In this document: positions 62,742 through 64,000 of the stretch, in pieces
Position numbering within the stretch: the first letter of the stretch is position 1
Layout of the letters: every line of letters begins with the position of its first letter
Source of the DNA: the human T2T-CHM13v2.0 reference genome, Homo sapiens
Strand: one strand, 5' to 3'
Assembly (NCBI RefSeq): GCF_009914755.1
Contig: NC_060938.1
Length of the DNA: 64,000 nt
Notes under the pieces: generated by a model
The model's database searches: none
What the model saw: the letters and a program-made list of their open reading frames with translations, nothing else
Told to the model about the DNA's origin: nothing
Program-made: the position numbers and the translations under genes

Positions 62742-63890
62742 ATACATAGAAAAACATCTGAAAAGGATGATACAGCAAACTGTTGACAGGTGTTTCCTGT
62801 AGGAGGGGACTGGGACTTGATGGTGGTCAAAGTGAGGTTTAGCCTGTCTACTATGTTGTAATTTTGTATAACAGTTAATCTATTACATGATATTTATAGT
62901 GAGTCAAAGGAGAAAGATTATATTATCATCTTGATAGATTCATTTTATTTCATTTTCTTTATCCTTCTTTGTATTCTGTCATTATAACTTCTACCATATG
63001 TGCATTGCATTTGTAGTCCAACAGATATCCCCATGGAGGAGCAAAAAAATATTTACTTTTCAATGCTTGTTAATGTGAAAATGCAAGAATACACTTCACA
63101 TTTTTCGGAGAAGTGATCATATGGGCAAATTTCATGGCACTTGGCTATAATTGTTTTTGACAATGAGTCAGCTAACAGAGCTAAACATGCTTTTCCTTTA
63201 AAGATGCTTGTAATATACATATATTTAGATATATAAGTACTATTAAGATTATATAATATTGTACATTGTAAATATATGTTTAAAATAAATATATATCACT
63301 TCCAACTACTTAAATTTTGCCTAAAATATTTAAAAACTAAGATTTATTTAGAACTGAAATAAAGAAAGTTTCAACTGGAGTAAAGAAACAACGTTACCCT
63401 TCCTCTATAACTTTGGGCTCTTTCCATCCCCCACACTCCTCACCAGCTCCATCTTGTATCCTAGCAGAGAAAAAGTAGTAATTTCCCAATGTTAACAGTC
63501 AGCTGCAGCAGCAAACATGGAGGAGCATGCACTTCTGCACTTCATGAAAGGGGTGCCACTACTCTTAAATCTATGAAGAAGAAATTAAGAAGTGGCATAT
63601 AAGGGTTGCATGGGCAGAGTTGGTTAATATTTTGCCCCTTAAGTCTTAACTTTGAGTAATGTTTGAGAGGAATCGAATTTGGCAGTTGTTACATTCAAGG
63701 GCTGATCATTCTGGTGTTTAATAGTTTGGAGTTGGTAATAATTATAGGACTTAGAATAGGGTTAAAATATGCCCAAACCCTACCTCTTACAACAGTCAAA
63801 TATGAACGTATTACCACCAAGTATAGAGTTGGTAATTATCCAATGAATTGAACAACTTAACCCTACATTCATTTGAATGACATATTAATG

Positions 63891-64000
63891 TGTATTAATC
63901 TGTTTTCAGGATGCTGATAAAGACATACCCAAGACTGGGAAATTTACAAAAGAAAGAGGTTTAATGAACTCATGGTCCACCTGGCTGGGGAGGCCTCACA
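63891..64000 (-). mobile_element. THE1A/B LTR, cut by the window edge
   Basis: tgtattaatctgttttcaggatgctgataaagacatacccaagactgggaaatttacaaaagaaagaggtttaa...ggggaggcctcaca. Confidence 0.88.

Overview
AT-rich, gene-poor primate (human-like hominoid) intergenic or deep-intronic DNA. I can support no host protein-coding gene, tRNA, rRNA or CRISPR array. Every recognisable ORF is LINE-1 derived; the rest are Alu, LTR or low-complexity artefacts. The window is dominated by transposable elements: a 5' HSMAR2 mariner fragment, Tigger2-type and hAT MITEs, an ancient minus-strand L1M (~3.1-18.4 kb) holding a four-level nest of younger insertions (twin-primed 5'-inverted L1PA, LTR7/HERV-H solo LTR, MLT2, THE1, Alu), a two-LTR THE1D element, LTR26, MER41B, LTR9 and MLT1 solo LTRs, about 11 Alus or fragments, and a full-length, TSD-flanked but nonsense-inactivated L1PA3-type element (55.7-61.9 kb). 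Repeat family names come from recalled consensus sequences, not from a database search. I found no evidence of a new multi-gene system. The best unexplained signals are small structural ones: an 80-bp inverted copy of a nearby MLT1A LTR segment pasted into a microsatellite 3.1 kb away, with an aborted first attempt beside it; a perfect 91-bp AT palindrome grown inside an Alu tail; a 72-nt pre-miRNA-like hairpin; a 21-bp micro-inversion visible by comparing two LTRs; and a 127-bp foreign filler inside an L1.
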